From Desulfobacterales bacterium (lineage in GTDB: Bacteria > Desulfobacterota > Desulfobacteria > Desulfobacterales > UBA5616), in the NCBI GenBank assembly GCA_046483495.1, contig JAWODC010000009.1, forward strand, positions 1 through 64,000: a stretch of DNA of 64,000 bases, in the 5' to 3' direction. The translations under genes were made by a program, and so were the position numbers. The notes under the pieces are model-generated. The model ran no database searches and had not been told where the DNA came from. It saw only the letters and a list, made by a program, of their open reading frames with translations. Below are positions 19,599 to 29,018 of the stretch, piece by piece. How positions within the stretch are numbered: position 1 is the first letter of the stretch; each line of letters opens with the position of its first letter.

Positions 19599-20345
19599 TC
19601 AGATTCTTTTTTCCAAAAAAACCGAAAGAAGCGTTTTAGCGATGACCTCATACCCGTATCGGTTCAAGTACCGAACCGGCGGTGAAGCGAGGACGTCATT
19701 GATCGTATCGCAGTCAAGAGATTCCATTACTACAATCCGTGGGGTATATTTCTCCCAGTTATTCGATTTCAGCACCTCGAAATCCATTCCTTCCGCATCG
19801 ATCGTCATGAAATCGATCATCCGGTTTATTTCAAGATAACGGTCAAGGATATTTGAAAGGGGCAAGATGGGAACCGTTATCGATCCGATCATGTTGGATA
19901 TTCCATTTATTTTTCGTTCTTCTGCGACCGCTTTATTACACGTGTTGAGGGCCGGCTCCTCGAACATGAAGTAGGTCAATTCGTCTGCCTTATCGGCTAC
20001 GCCGACTTCGAGGTTGATGTCGCGGGGACGATGCCGGTTGAACAGGTTTATCGTATTGGGAAGCGGGTCGATGTTGATGCCGTGCCACCCGCGGTTGTAG
20101 AAAATCGCGGTGTTGGAAAACCGAAACGGATGATGGGCCCCGACATCGACGTAAAATCCGTTGCGTTGTTTTTCAAAAATCCGCCTCAGAATACGGTCCT
20201 CACCTTCCTGCGCAAAGGACGCCACCGGTTTTTTTAAATTCAGCCGTCGGCGGGCGGTTTTGCGCCATGTTTTAACAGGCATGCTCTTTGAGCAGATAAA
20301 GAGAAAAAATCGAAACAAACGAATCTCCATGGAATACGATGACAA
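19599..20345 (-). CDS. FkbM family methyltransferase
   Basis: Q.GED, YVDVGAHHP...SNT, GW.GINIDP and IDAEG. The start may be at 20330. Confidence 0.88.
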   Translation of the reverse strand: MSSYSMEIRLFRFFLFICSKSMPVKTWRKTARRRLNLKKPVASFAQEGEDRILRRIFEKQRNGFYVDVGAHHPFRFSNTAIFYNRGWHGINIDPLPNTINLFNRHRPRDINLEVGVADKADELTYFMFEEPALNTCNKAVAEERKINGISNMIGSITVPILPLSNILDRYLEINRMIDFMTIDAEGMDFEVLKSNNWEKYTPRIVVMESLDCDTINDVLASPPVRYLNRYGYEVIAKTLLSVFLEKRI

Positions 20346-20411
20346 TATTCGAGTGGGAAGATCGGGGATGATTTCCTAATAGCAACAAAAATTGGAAAAT
20401 GCAATAGGCTG

Positions 20412-20664
20412 GTGAGTCGTGAATCGTGAATTGTGATCAGTACTATTTTATTCTTTAGCATTTCTTACAAGTTCTTACCACGAAGCTATCGAAGAGGACA
20501 AAGAAAAAAATAAAAAAAGTTTTAAAAAAATCTTCGTGTCCTTCGTTCTCTTCGTGGTTTTTAAAATAATTTTAGGACGATGGTACTGTTTAGGAGCAAT
20601 TGTCCGCCTATTCGATACGGCGCCCTGCTTTGAATTTTGAATTTTGAATTTCGAATTTGTTTCG
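20412..20664 (-). repeat. (GTGAATC)x3 plus element A copy 4 (20477-20664)
   Basis: Reverse complement is collinear with 2989-3165. Confidence 0.9.
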
Positions 20665-20738
20665 GCCCGCCCTGGCGCGACCCCGGTTTTCAGAAAAAAT
20701 AAACATATAATTTCAGCCCCGAATGCCCTCGCCCAATG

Positions 20739-21434
20739 TTATTTCCTGTTCTTTTCAGTCAGCCCGTCCTGAAACAAGACGATGAGCTTCGAATCGAGGC
20801 GATGCTTGGCAACAGCGCGCCGCCACCGTGAAACATACCGGTGTCGAAGCGTCGATTTCAACCCGCGAAACATCCGGGCCTTGTCGAAATCGATAATATA
20901 CGGAAGACCTGCCGCGTCGATGAGCACGTTTCCCGGATGAAGGTCGACGTGCAGGATGCAATGATCGACGAGAATGTTTACCTGCCGGGTCACCTCGGAC
21001 ATCAGGCGATGCGCCTCTGCGGGTGATTTGAATGGGGTCTCGGCAAGGGTGCGATGGTTCTCGATTTCGCCCAGAATGAGACAGCAGGTATAAACATATT
21101 TGCCGCAGGATACGAATGCCACGGGTTCCGGGGCGTTGATCCCCAGCCGCCGGACCCGCTGCAGCCATTCAAATTCCTTTTGGGAGCGGCTTTTGCCCAA
21201 ACCGACGTATGTATCTTTCACCAGAAGACCGATAAGCCCGCCCCTGGCATACGGCTTCACCGCAACCCGTTTTTCGGGAACAATTTCGGCGATGACGACC
21301 TTGCGCCTCCCTGCCATCGGGCTGTCCGGGGGCGCCCCGGGACGGGTTGCCAGGCCGATGATCGTGTCGATGTGCTCGGCGACCCACGGGGCCGTGTAGC
21401 CGATGGTGTATGGGCCTGTTTTTTGTGTTTTCAT
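20739..21434 (-). CDS. Lipopolysaccharide kinase, Kdo kinase (KdkA)-like
   Basis: KPYARGG, EF, P.PVA, HVDLHPGNVL and IIDFDK. Start trimmed to MKTQ. Confidence 0.8.
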   Translation of the reverse strand: MKTQKTGPYTIGYTAPWVAEHIDTIIGLATRPGAPPDSPMAGRRKVVIAEIVPEKRVAVKPYARGGLIGLLVKDTYVGLGKSRSQKEFEWLQRVRRLGINAPEPVAFVSCGKYVYTCCLILGEIENHRTLAETPFKSPAEAHRLMSEVTRQVNILVDHCILHVDLHPGNVLIDAAGLPYIIDFDKARMFRGLKSTLRHRYVSRWRRAVAKHRLDSKLIVLFQDGLTEKNRK

Positions 21435-21445
21435 GTAAATAAGTA

Positions 21446-21655
21446 AATTCGAAACTCGAAGCACGAAATATGAAACAAATTCAAAATTCGAAATTCAAAA
21501 TTCGAAACAAGTAAGAGGATACTATCCTTTTTTTTAAGTCTCACCACGAAGCTTCGTGTTTTTTTTGAATCTAACTTTAAGAATCGTACAATTTTGTTTA
21601 GCTTTGAATTTCGAAATTCGTGCTTTCTCCCTGGGTTTTTTAGTTCACCACGAAC
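21446..21655. repeat. TTC(A/G)AAA inverted-arm element with CACGAAG remnants
   Basis: GAAGCACGAAA..TTCAAAATTCGAAA left arm and TTTGAATTTCGAAATTCGTGCTT right arm; CACCACGAA at about 21542 and 21646. Confidence 0.8.
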
Positions 21656-21659
21656 CCCC

Positions 21660-22664
21660 TCATCTCAACAGCCGTTCCCCCGCCCGAATGACCTCCTCCA
21701 CCGAAACTCCCTCGATGCAGGCCATCGTGCCCGTCGGGCATGTACGGCCGCCATGCCGGCCGCAAGGTTTGCAGTCCAGGCCGGTTTTTTCAACGACGAT
21801 ACTGCTGTTTTTCCAGGGATAATACCCCAGCGCCGGGGTGGTGGCACAGAAAACCGCAACGACAGGCACGTGGAGCGCACAGGCGATGTGCATGGACATG
21901 CTGTCATTGCAGATCACCAGCCGGGCGGTATTCAGAACGGCCATCGCCTCGTCGATTCGGGTTTCGCCGGCCATGTTTATCGCCCCCGTTTCCGATGCGA
22001 TCGTTGCCGAAACTTCCCGGTCTTCCGGTCCTCCCACAAGCAGTACGTCATACCCGCTTCGGATGAAGTGCCGGGCCGTATCGCGGAAGCCTTGCCGGTG
22101 CCATCGTTTGGTGGCCCAGACGCTGCCCGGCACCAGGACGACAGGATTGGGTGATGCATCCAGGATGTTCCGTACATGGCTGCCGATCTCCGTTCTGTCG
22201 GGCGGAAACAACCGCAGGTCGGTGTTCTGATAGGGAAGGGGGATCTCCTTTGCTATCAGCGAGAGGTTGCGCAGCACATCGTGGCTCTTCAGGTCACGGG
22301 GGCGAACCTCCGTGTACAGCCGGTGCAGCCTTGCATCCGAAAACCCGATGCGAACCGGGATACATGCCAGCTTCAATAGCATAGCGGTGCGATAGGATCG
22401 GTGTAATGCGTAGGCACGGTCGAAACCCATCGACCTCAAACGAACCGCCATTTTACAGAGGCCGAAAATGCCGGCTTCGGTTCGGCGCTTGTCGAAGGTG
22501 ATAATGCCGGCCGGCAGGGGATCGCGGCGAACCAGCTCCGCTGACTGCGGGGTCGTCATCAGCCACAGTTCGGCATCCGGAAATGCGCGGTGCAACCCTG
22601 AAATCACCGGTGTCGAGAGAATGGTGTCGCCTAAGAAGCTTGTTTGTACGAGGAGTATTTTCAT
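21660..22664 (-). CDS. GT9 heptosyltransferase (WaaF-like)
   Basis: LGDTILSTP, PGSVWATKRW, NDS...HIA and C.PC motifs. Confidence 0.88.
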   Translation of the reverse strand: MKILLVQTSFLGDTILSTPVISGLHRAFPDAELWLMTTPQSAELVRRDPLPAGIITFDKRRTEAGIFGLCKMAVRLRSMGFDRAYALHRSYRTAMLLKLACIPVRIGFSDARLHRLYTEVRPRDLKSHDVLRNLSLIAKEIPLPYQNTDLRLFPPDRTEIGSHVRNILDASPNPVVLVPGSVWATKRWHRQGFRDTARHFIRSGYDVLLVGGPEDREVSATIASETGAINMAGETRIDEAMAVLNTARLVICNDSMSMHIACALHVPVVAVFCATTPALGYYPWKNSSIVVEKTGLDCKPCGRHGGRTCPTGTMACIEGVSVEEVIRAGERLLR

Positions 22665-22795
22665 TACCCATAACCCATAACATCACCCGATTTTTCACAC
22701 TGTTCACTCTTCACGGTTCACTGCTTTTGAACTAACCACCTAATCACCTAACCACCTAACCACCTAACCACCTAATCACCTAATCACTGTTCACT
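22665..22795. repeat. (CTAAYCAC)x7, TTCAC units and CCCATAA units
   Basis: Octamers at 22732-22787; homologous to 12358-12444. Confidence 0.95.
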
Positions 22796-23835
22796 ACTCC
22801 TCCGCCCCTCCCATAACGCCCAAGCCCCAATTCGATCTTCTCGATCACCGCTTCCGGCGTAATCCGAGTCATCCGGCCTTTCCTGGTTTTGCGGCGGATC
22901 GGTGAGCCTGGATTTTCCGGATCATTGTATTCGTCGATCAGCAGGTCCTGGAATTTCCGATAAGGCCCGCATCGCCGGGGATCGGAATACCCGTAGAGGC
23001 CCACCGTGGGTACGTTCAGGGCCACGGCAGCGTGAAGCGGTCCGGTGTCGGGAGACACCACCAGAGCGGAGCCGGAAAGCTGAAGCATCGTTCGCCGGAT
23101 GGGCTTTTCCAGTGCGATGACCGGTTTGGAATTACAGTTCCGGGTGATGATTCGGGCGAGGTCGGCTTCGCGACGGGTCGGGCCGCCGATCAGCATGGGC
23201 TGACACTCGAGGAAGCGGTCCACGTGATCCATGACAGCGGCGTATCGAGCAGGCAACCAATCCTTGCCGGGATCCGATGAGGCAATGACGAAAGAAACCA
23301 CGGGACGGCCGATGCGGCTGAAAAACCGGTCACGCCATTGCATCTCCTCGCTGGTAAACGTGAAGTTCCACTCGGGTGGAAAGGGATCGATTCCAAGGTA
23401 TTTCAAAAATTCGAAGAACTGGTCCTGGACATGGCCGGGCGTTCGCGGCGGAATATGCCGGTTGGTAAACAGCCAGCTGAGCTCCCGCGATCGTCTGAAA
23501 TCGAACCCCACCTTGATGTCCGCCCGCACGAGTGCCGATAAGAAGCTGGTTCGAAAACTCACCTGGGGTATGACCGCGATTTCGAAACGCTCCTTTTTCA
23601 ATTGTCGGTGAAGATCCGTCCATGCTCGTATTCCGCCAGCGCGCTCGAAGATGATGAATCGTTCGATATTCGGCTGATGTTTTACCATGTCGTAGGACAG
23701 GGGCTGAAGAATCCATGTCAGCCGGGCATCCGGGTACCCTTTTTTCAGCCCGTTGGCCAGGGCCAGGGCATGAACCGTGTCGCCGAGGGCCGACGTCCGG
23801 ATCAAACAGATATGTTCGGCGGAAAAGTTAGGCAT
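22780..23835 (-). CDS. GT9 heptosyltransferase (WaaC/OpsX-like)
   Basis: RTSALGDTVH, KDW and SPDTGPLHAA.A motifs. Confidence 0.88.
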   Translation of the reverse strand: MPNFSAEHICLIRTSALGDTVHALALANGLKKGYPDARLTWILQPLSYDMVKHQPNIERFIIFERAGGIRAWTDLHRQLKKERFEIAVIPQVSFRTSFLSALVRADIKVGFDFRRSRELSWLFTNRHIPPRTPGHVQDQFFEFLKYLGIDPFPPEWNFTFTSEEMQWRDRFFSRIGRPVVSFVIASSDPGKDWLPARYAAVMDHVDRFLECQPMLIGGPTRREADLARIITRNCNSKPVIALEKPIRRTMLQLSGSALVVSPDTGPLHAAVALNVPTVGLYGYSDPRRCGPYRKFQDLLIDEYNDPENPGSPIRRKTRKGRMTRITPEAVIEKIELGLGRYGRGGGVVNSD

Positions 23836-23930
23836 GTGTCGAATCGCAAAGCTGGTTCGGCTTTATTTGGCGTTCCTGGATGCCCTATCTATCTTCAACG
23901 GCGCTGTTATGCAAGTGAAAATGTTTAGGA

Positions 23931-24036
23931 GGCTGAAAGCTAAAAGCTGAAGGGAGGTAAGCACGAAATTCGAAATTCGAAACAAACATTCAAAATTCAA
24001 AATTCAAAATTCAAAACGGGGCAACGTATAGGCGGC
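23931..24036 (+). repeat. GCTGAAA units plus element A copy 5 (truncated core)
   Basis: AAGCACGAAATTCGAAATTCGAAACAAACA(TTCAAAA)x4 CGGGGC, as at 4977 and 6051. Confidence 0.88.
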
Positions 24037-24165
24037 GGGAGACAATTTTGAAGCCGTCGATACCGGCGGAATGCAGAGACTATCGTTTGGGCGGCGGGAA
24101 TTCAAATCGGTTGAAGTTTCAATGAATCTGATATACAAACGATGCCGCATCGATGAGCTGTTAAG

Positions 24166-24300
24166 CGTTGGGATCGTTATGATTGTTTAGAGCGTTTAGA
24201 TGGTTTAGAGCGTTAGAACGTTCACAACGATCCCAACGATCCCAACGGCCCTAACGATCTTAACGATCCTAACGATCAAAACGACCCAAACGCAAACGAC
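24166..24300. repeat. Nonamer hairpin element
   Basis: GGGATCGTT/TAGAGCGTT left arm and AACGATCC(C/T) right arm. Confidence 0.92.
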
Positions 24301-24340
24301 AAAAGCACACGCAAGGCGAGAAAGCAGCCTGGAGGCGCAT

Positions 24341-25513
24341 TTGAAAAATCAAGAAGAGCGCGAAGAATCAAGAGGCGCCATACATATCCTCCACTTGTTG
24401 TCTTCCGGCAAATTTACGGGAGCGGCCGAGCCGGTGCTTAGGCTGGCCCGGGCCCAGCACGAGGCCGGCCATGCGGTGAAACTTGCCGTCAGAAGGAAAA
24501 AACCCGATTATCTGGCTCGAAAAGCCGCGGAATACGCCCTCTCGGTGGATGACGATCTTTCCCTGTCAGTCAAGGCTTGGCCGAGACTTCAGATCAAAAA
24601 TTTAATACGACTTTACCACATCTGGCGATACGGTCACTTCGATATCATTCATTCCCACCTGACAAACGACCACACGTTGGCGGCTCTGGCGCGGCCTAAA
24701 AACACCCGGACACGGCTGGTCCGCACGCTTCATACCGAGCGGGCGCAAGGCCGGTTCCGCAACTGGCAGCTCAAGCGGGCGGACGGGCTGATCGTGGTCG
24801 CGGAAAAATATCGCAAGCGGCTGATCGAGGCCGGATACCTGGACTCCGATCGTATTCTCACCATCAGGGGCTCCGTGGATTGCAGCCGGTTTCATCCCGG
24901 AACGGGCGGGGATGGGATTCGCAGGGAGCTGGGCATCGATTTGGACGCTCCGGTTGCCGGCATCGTTTCCCGGCTCAAGGAGGGGAGGGGGCACGAATGG
25001 CTTCTTGAAGCCTGGAAAGCCGTGCATGAACAGGCTCCCCGGGCCGTTCTCGTCATCGCCGGGCGGGGGCCGTCCTACCGGCACTTGCATGCATTGGCAA
25101 GGCAGGGCCCTTGGAGCGAATCCGTGCGTTTTTTAGGGTTTCGGCAGGACTTGCCTGACGTCTACCGGGCCTTCGATGTGAAGATCATTTTGGCGCCGGG
25201 AAACGACGGGACCTGCAGGGCGGCGCTCGAGGCGATGGCGTCCGGCGTTCCGGTCCTGTCATCGAATGTCGGGGCCTTGGGGGAAATCGTCGACGATGGG
25301 AAAGCCGGGGCCGTGGTCCCAAATCATGATGTCGACGCCCTCTCAGAGGCACTGGTCCGTCTCTTGTCCCAACCGGTGAAATTGGCCGAAATGGGGAAAT
25401 CGGCCCGGCTTGAGGCTGAGCGGGAATTTACCATCGAGCGCCAGGGTGAGCGGGTCGAGGATTTTTATCGTCGGGTCTTGGGTGATTGGCCGCAGACCCT
25501 TACAGACGAATAA
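24341..25513 (+). CDS. GT4 glycosyltransferase
   Basis: GAAE, LGFRQD and ALEAMASGVPV..NVG; GGAGG RBS before the TTG start. Confidence 0.88.
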   Translation: MKNQEEREESRGAIHILHLLSSGKFTGAAEPVLRLARAQHEAGHAVKLAVRRKKPDYLARKAAEYALSVDDDLSLSVKAWPRLQIKNLIRLYHIWRYGHFDIIHSHLTNDHTLAALARPKNTRTRLVRTLHTERAQGRFRNWQLKRADGLIVVAEKYRKRLIEAGYLDSDRILTIRGSVDCSRFHPGTGGDGIRRELGIDLDAPVAGIVSRLKEGRGHEWLLEAWKAVHEQAPRAVLVIAGRGPSYRHLHALARQGPWSESVRFLGFRQDLPDVYRAFDVKIILAPGNDGTCRAALEAMASGVPVLSSNVGALGEIVDDGKAGAVVPNHDVDALSEALVRLLSQPVKLAEMGKSARLEAEREFTIERQGERVEDFYRRVLGDWPQTLTDE

Positions 25514-25517
25514 ATTG

Positions 25518-25748
25518 TGAACAGTGAACAGTGAACGGTGAAACAAGGTGATAGGCAATGGGAGATAGGAGCTGAATGCTCAAAGCTCATATCTCAAAAC
25601 TGCAGCGGATCGGGTCTTAATCCACAGCATGCCCCCTTCCCCACCGGAGGGGGAAGGCCGGGATGGGGGGGAAATAAAATCGGTTCTCATCCGCACCCAT
25701 ACCCCCTAACCGATTACCCCGGACCTGTTTTCCCACGATTCACGACCC
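25518..25748. repeat. Composite: GTGAACA units, collapsed element B (25607-25680), CCCATA and ATTCACG units
   Basis: GGATCGGGTCTTAATCC is fused almost directly to the CCCCTTCCCC..GGGGAAGGCCGGGATGGGG motif; lies between convergent genes. Confidence 0.85.
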
Positions 25749-26366
25749 ACTCCCCGCTATCTTTCCAAACATATAAAACATGTGATACGCCTTAATCCTC
25801 CGCTTCAACACCGTCAATCCCAGTCGGTCCGCGGCTGTTTCAAACCAGTCTGGGAAAAAGCGTACGGCGTCGATGGGGTATCGGTGGTATCGGAAACCGG
25901 GCAGGACCGTGTGGATGATGATGCGGCCGTTGTTTTTCACCAGGGTGCTGATATCGTAAAAGTGCCGACAAGGATCGATCAGGTGTTCCAGAACGGCCTG
26001 GCTGATGATCAGGTCGAATTTTTTTTCCGCCATCGGTGGGGGTTGCTCGAAATTCCAGGTGTAATCCGTATCGGTCAATCCGGCTGTAAAAACCGCCTTG
26101 GCGTGAAGGAGGGTTTTCAGGTGCGCGGCCGTAAGGTTGTTTTCTCCGATAAAAAGCACTTCACCGGGATCGAGGTCACCAGCCCATTTGATAATTTCAC
26201 CATGGTAAAATCCGGATTCATTGGGAAGATTCGCTGCGCGAAAATATTCGTAATCTGCAGAATCGAAGTCGCCGAACAGCTTTTCCCATTGCAGCGCCTG
26301 TTTGGCGTGCTGCTGTCTTAGAAAACCTTTGAGCATCCTTTTCCTGGTCCGGGTGTACAGTCCCAT
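25740..26366 (-). CDS. Class I SAM-dependent methyltransferase
   Basis: FDLIISQAVLEHL.DP and H.YP.D..RF motifs; motif I is degenerate (VLFIG). Confidence 0.75.
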   Translation of the reverse strand: MGLYTRTRKRMLKGFLRQQHAKQALQWEKLFGDFDSADYEYFRAANLPNESGFYHGEIIKWAGDLDPGEVLFIGENNLTAAHLKTLLHAKAVFTAGLTDTDYTWNFEQPPPMAEKKFDLIISQAVLEHLIDPCRHFYDISTLVKNNGRIIIHTVLPGFRYHRYPIDAVRFFPDWFETAADRLGLTVLKRRIKAYHMFYMFGKIAGSGS

Positions 26367-26734
26367 TTTTGAAGCCTCTGTTAATCTTTGAAATTTACCG
26401 GAGCTTATAGGTCTGACTCTGGTTTCGAACCCGCAGATAATATGAACGGATCAGGATTTTCTCACTGCATGAAATGAACTCCGCGAACCTGGAACCATTG
26501 TGAAGAAAAATTCATTTTACATTTTATACGCCTTTGTTCTATATTTAAACAAAAATAGGTTATCAATTCAGATACCGGCGAATTCGGCCCGGAAAAACGC
26601 CTTTTTCCTTATCTTATCCATACCACCTGATGGATCAGCACAAAAAAGCGGCTCCAGGAAATTCCGCGTGCAACAAGCGTTTTTGATTGTCGTCATGAAA
26701 CCCTGCAAGACCAGATGATCTCAATCGCGACGCG

Positions 26735-27577
26735 ATGGGGCCTTTGGAGAGACGTCGAATCGGCTTCAGGAGAAGAAAATTGAAAGGAAAAACGATTTCA
26801 CTGCTTCAAAGCGGCGATTTTATCGGAATGGTTAGGCACTTGTTCAGAAAACGGGTGGTGAATGCATTGGCGTTGCCGCTGTACGCATACATTATACCGC
26901 CATTGACCCGTGCATTGATGCCGGCATGCCGGGATACGCAAATCAACGGCCTGTTCGAAGTGAAAAAAACTTCTGACATTACCGATCATTTGGCCGTTCT
27001 TTTTTGTGAAGTCCTGAAGTCGGACCCATCACTCGTGGTAGAACTGGGCACCCGAAAGGGAGACAGCACCCGCGCGCTCCTGCAGGCGGCCTCGATCGCC
27101 GGGGCGAAAATGATCAGCGTGGACATGATGGATTGCAGTCAATTCGTCGATGACGACAGCATGAAAAACACGTGGCGCTTCGTTCAGGCCGACGATGTGG
27201 CCTTTGCCGGCGAATTTGTCGTTTGGTGCAGGAGCAATGGCTTTCCGGAAACCGTCGATGTCCTGTTTGTCGATACCAGTCATGAATACGAGCACACCCT
27301 GGCTGAAATCCGCGCCTGGTTTCCGTTGCTGTCGGAAAGGGGAAAAGTCATATTCCATGATACGCATATGAAGCGATACGTTAAACGGAAAAACGGGAGC
27401 ATTGTCAAAGGCTGGAATAACGAAAGGGGCGTCATTCGGGCCATTGAAGAGACCCTCGGCCGGGCGTATGATGAAACGGCTCCTTTTATCGATCGGCTGG
27501 GCGGCTGGCTGATCGAGCACCTGCCCTACAGCAGCGGTTTGACCATAATGACGCGGATGGGTGATGAAAAATCATAA
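26735..27577 (+). CDS. Class I SAM-dependent methyltransferase (Methyltransf_24-like)
   Basis: VVELGT..G.ST, DVLFVDTSHEYE and IFHD. Start uncertain. Confidence 0.82.
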   Translation: MGPLERRRIGFRRRKLKGKTISLLQSGDFIGMVRHLFRKRVVNALALPLYAYIIPPLTRALMPACRDTQINGLFEVKKTSDITDHLAVLFCEVLKSDPSLVVELGTRKGDSTRALLQAASIAGAKMISVDMMDCSQFVDDDSMKNTWRFVQADDVAFAGEFVVWCRSNGFPETVDVLFVDTSHEYEHTLAEIRAWFPLLSERGKVIFHDTHMKRYVKRKNGSIVKGWNNERGVIRAIEETLGRAYDETAPFIDRLGGWLIEHLPYSSGLTIMTRMGDEKS

Positions 27578-28607
27578 ACCGGCCATATCCGTGATCGTCC
27601 CTGTTTACAATACCGGTGACCGACTGCGATCCTGTGTCGATTCCATTTTGCAGCAGACATTGACGGACCTTGAAATCATCTTGGTGGATGACGGGTCGGA
27701 TGATCTTGCGACACTTGCACTGTTGGATGAATACCCCGCCATCGACGACCGCATCCGATTGATCCGGAAGGCGAACGGGGGGCAGAGTTCGGCACGAAAC
27801 ACCGGGCTTTTCGAAGCAAGGGGGCGCTATATCGCGTTTGTGGATCACGATGATGTCATTAACCGGCACATGTATGAGGTGCTTTACGGCCCAGCCCGGA
27901 AGGATGATTTCGATGTGGTGGAATGCCGCTATCAACCTCTGCCGTATGCGCTTATGGAAAAGATCGACCTCGACGTCAGACCCTCGGCAGCGCCGCGCCG
28001 CATTAAAATCAAAGTTGACAAAGATTTTCTGGTCGGAAACATTCAGGTGTGGAAACGAATATGCCGCAGGGATTTCCTGCTGGAAAATAACCTCCTATTC
28101 GATGATCTTTCTTGGGAAGAGGACGTTTCGTTTTCTTTCAAGGTTCTGGTTTCCGCAGAGATGATCGGTTATGTGGATGCTGTGCTTTATTTTCATGTCA
28201 CTCACCCCGACAACACCACGCACAAACTAGGGGAACGAATTTTTGACGCATTTAAAGCTCATAATATTATTTTTGATTTTTTAAACGAGAAGGGTTGCAT
28301 TGACCTGTTCAAAGACCAGTATTCGGGGCGTGTGTTGAAAGATGTGCTCTTGAATTTGAATGTTGTCCACCACTCCTGTGAAAAGCGGTTTTTTATGTTT
28401 GCCCATGAGCGAATCGCCGACATGTCCCTGGAAAACTGCAGGCGCTTTTACAGTCGGAGCAAAAAGAAGCTGTTAAGGCTGGTCCAGGAGGGTGATTATG
28501 ATGCGTTTAAACGCTACCAGTCCATTCGGAACTTTCGAAGATCCATCGTTAAGTCCGTTATGAATCCCGGTAAGGTTCTCCACATTAGAGGATACCCGTC
28601 GCCCTAG
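27561..28607 (+). CDS. GT2 glycosyltransferase
   Basis: SVIVPVYN, VDDGS, NGGQSSARN.G, FVD.DD and ED. Confidence 0.92.
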   Translation: MMKNHKPAISVIVPVYNTGDRLRSCVDSILQQTLTDLEIILVDDGSDDLATLALLDEYPAIDDRIRLIRKANGGQSSARNTGLFEARGRYIAFVDHDDVINRHMYEVLYGPARKDDFDVVECRYQPLPYALMEKIDLDVRPSAAPRRIKIKVDKDFLVGNIQVWKRICRRDFLLENNLLFDDLSWEEDVSFSFKVLVSAEMIGYVDAVLYFHVTHPDNTTHKLGERIFDAFKAHNIIFDFLNEKGCIDLFKDQYSGRVLKDVLLNLNVVHHSCEKRFFMFAHERIADMSLENCRRFYSRSKKKLLRLVQEGDYDAFKRYQSIRNFRRSIVKSVMNPGKVLHIRGYPSP

Positions 28608-28980
28608 CACCCGCCTCGCACCTGTTCCTTGTGTGGACGGCTTGCCAGGTATTTTTCCGCTTCCCAAAGGAATGTTTCGATGTCCCTGTCCGGCATCAGC
28701 GGCAGAAAACGACCGATCGTATCTTCGTCCCACTCCCACCAGCGAATCGAAAGAAGGCGGCCGATAAAGGGGTCATCGAAGCGTTTGCCGATTAAACGGC
28801 AGAGTTTCCGGTGGTGATGCCGTAGGGCGGGATGGAACGGGTGTCCACGGACCCCGCACCGATTTCCACACTATCGGCGAGGTAACGCCGGACATGATAA
28901 TGGGCACCCTAGCCGATCCACACATCATTGTCGATGACCACGTCCCCTTTTGTTGCGGGGTGCCGCTGAATATGCTGAGC
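28604..28980 (-). pseudogene. Decayed CatB/Vat-family (hexapeptide) O-acetyltransferase
   Basis: Minus-strand reading HPATKGDVVIDNDVWIG*GA / IIMSGVT / ADSVEIGAGSV..RSIPPYGI..GNSA / LIGKRFDD..LLSIRWWEW. In-frame stop at 28909-28911, about three frameshifts, N-terminal half missing. Confidence 0.85.
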
Positions 28981-29018
28981 CGACTTTCGCACTTACACTA
29001 TAACCGCGAATTTGTTCA

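Noticed and set aside
24031..24099. 10-bp direct repeat GGCGGCGGGA as a target-site duplication
   Set aside because: The enclosed 49 bp has no element features, so chance is plausible.
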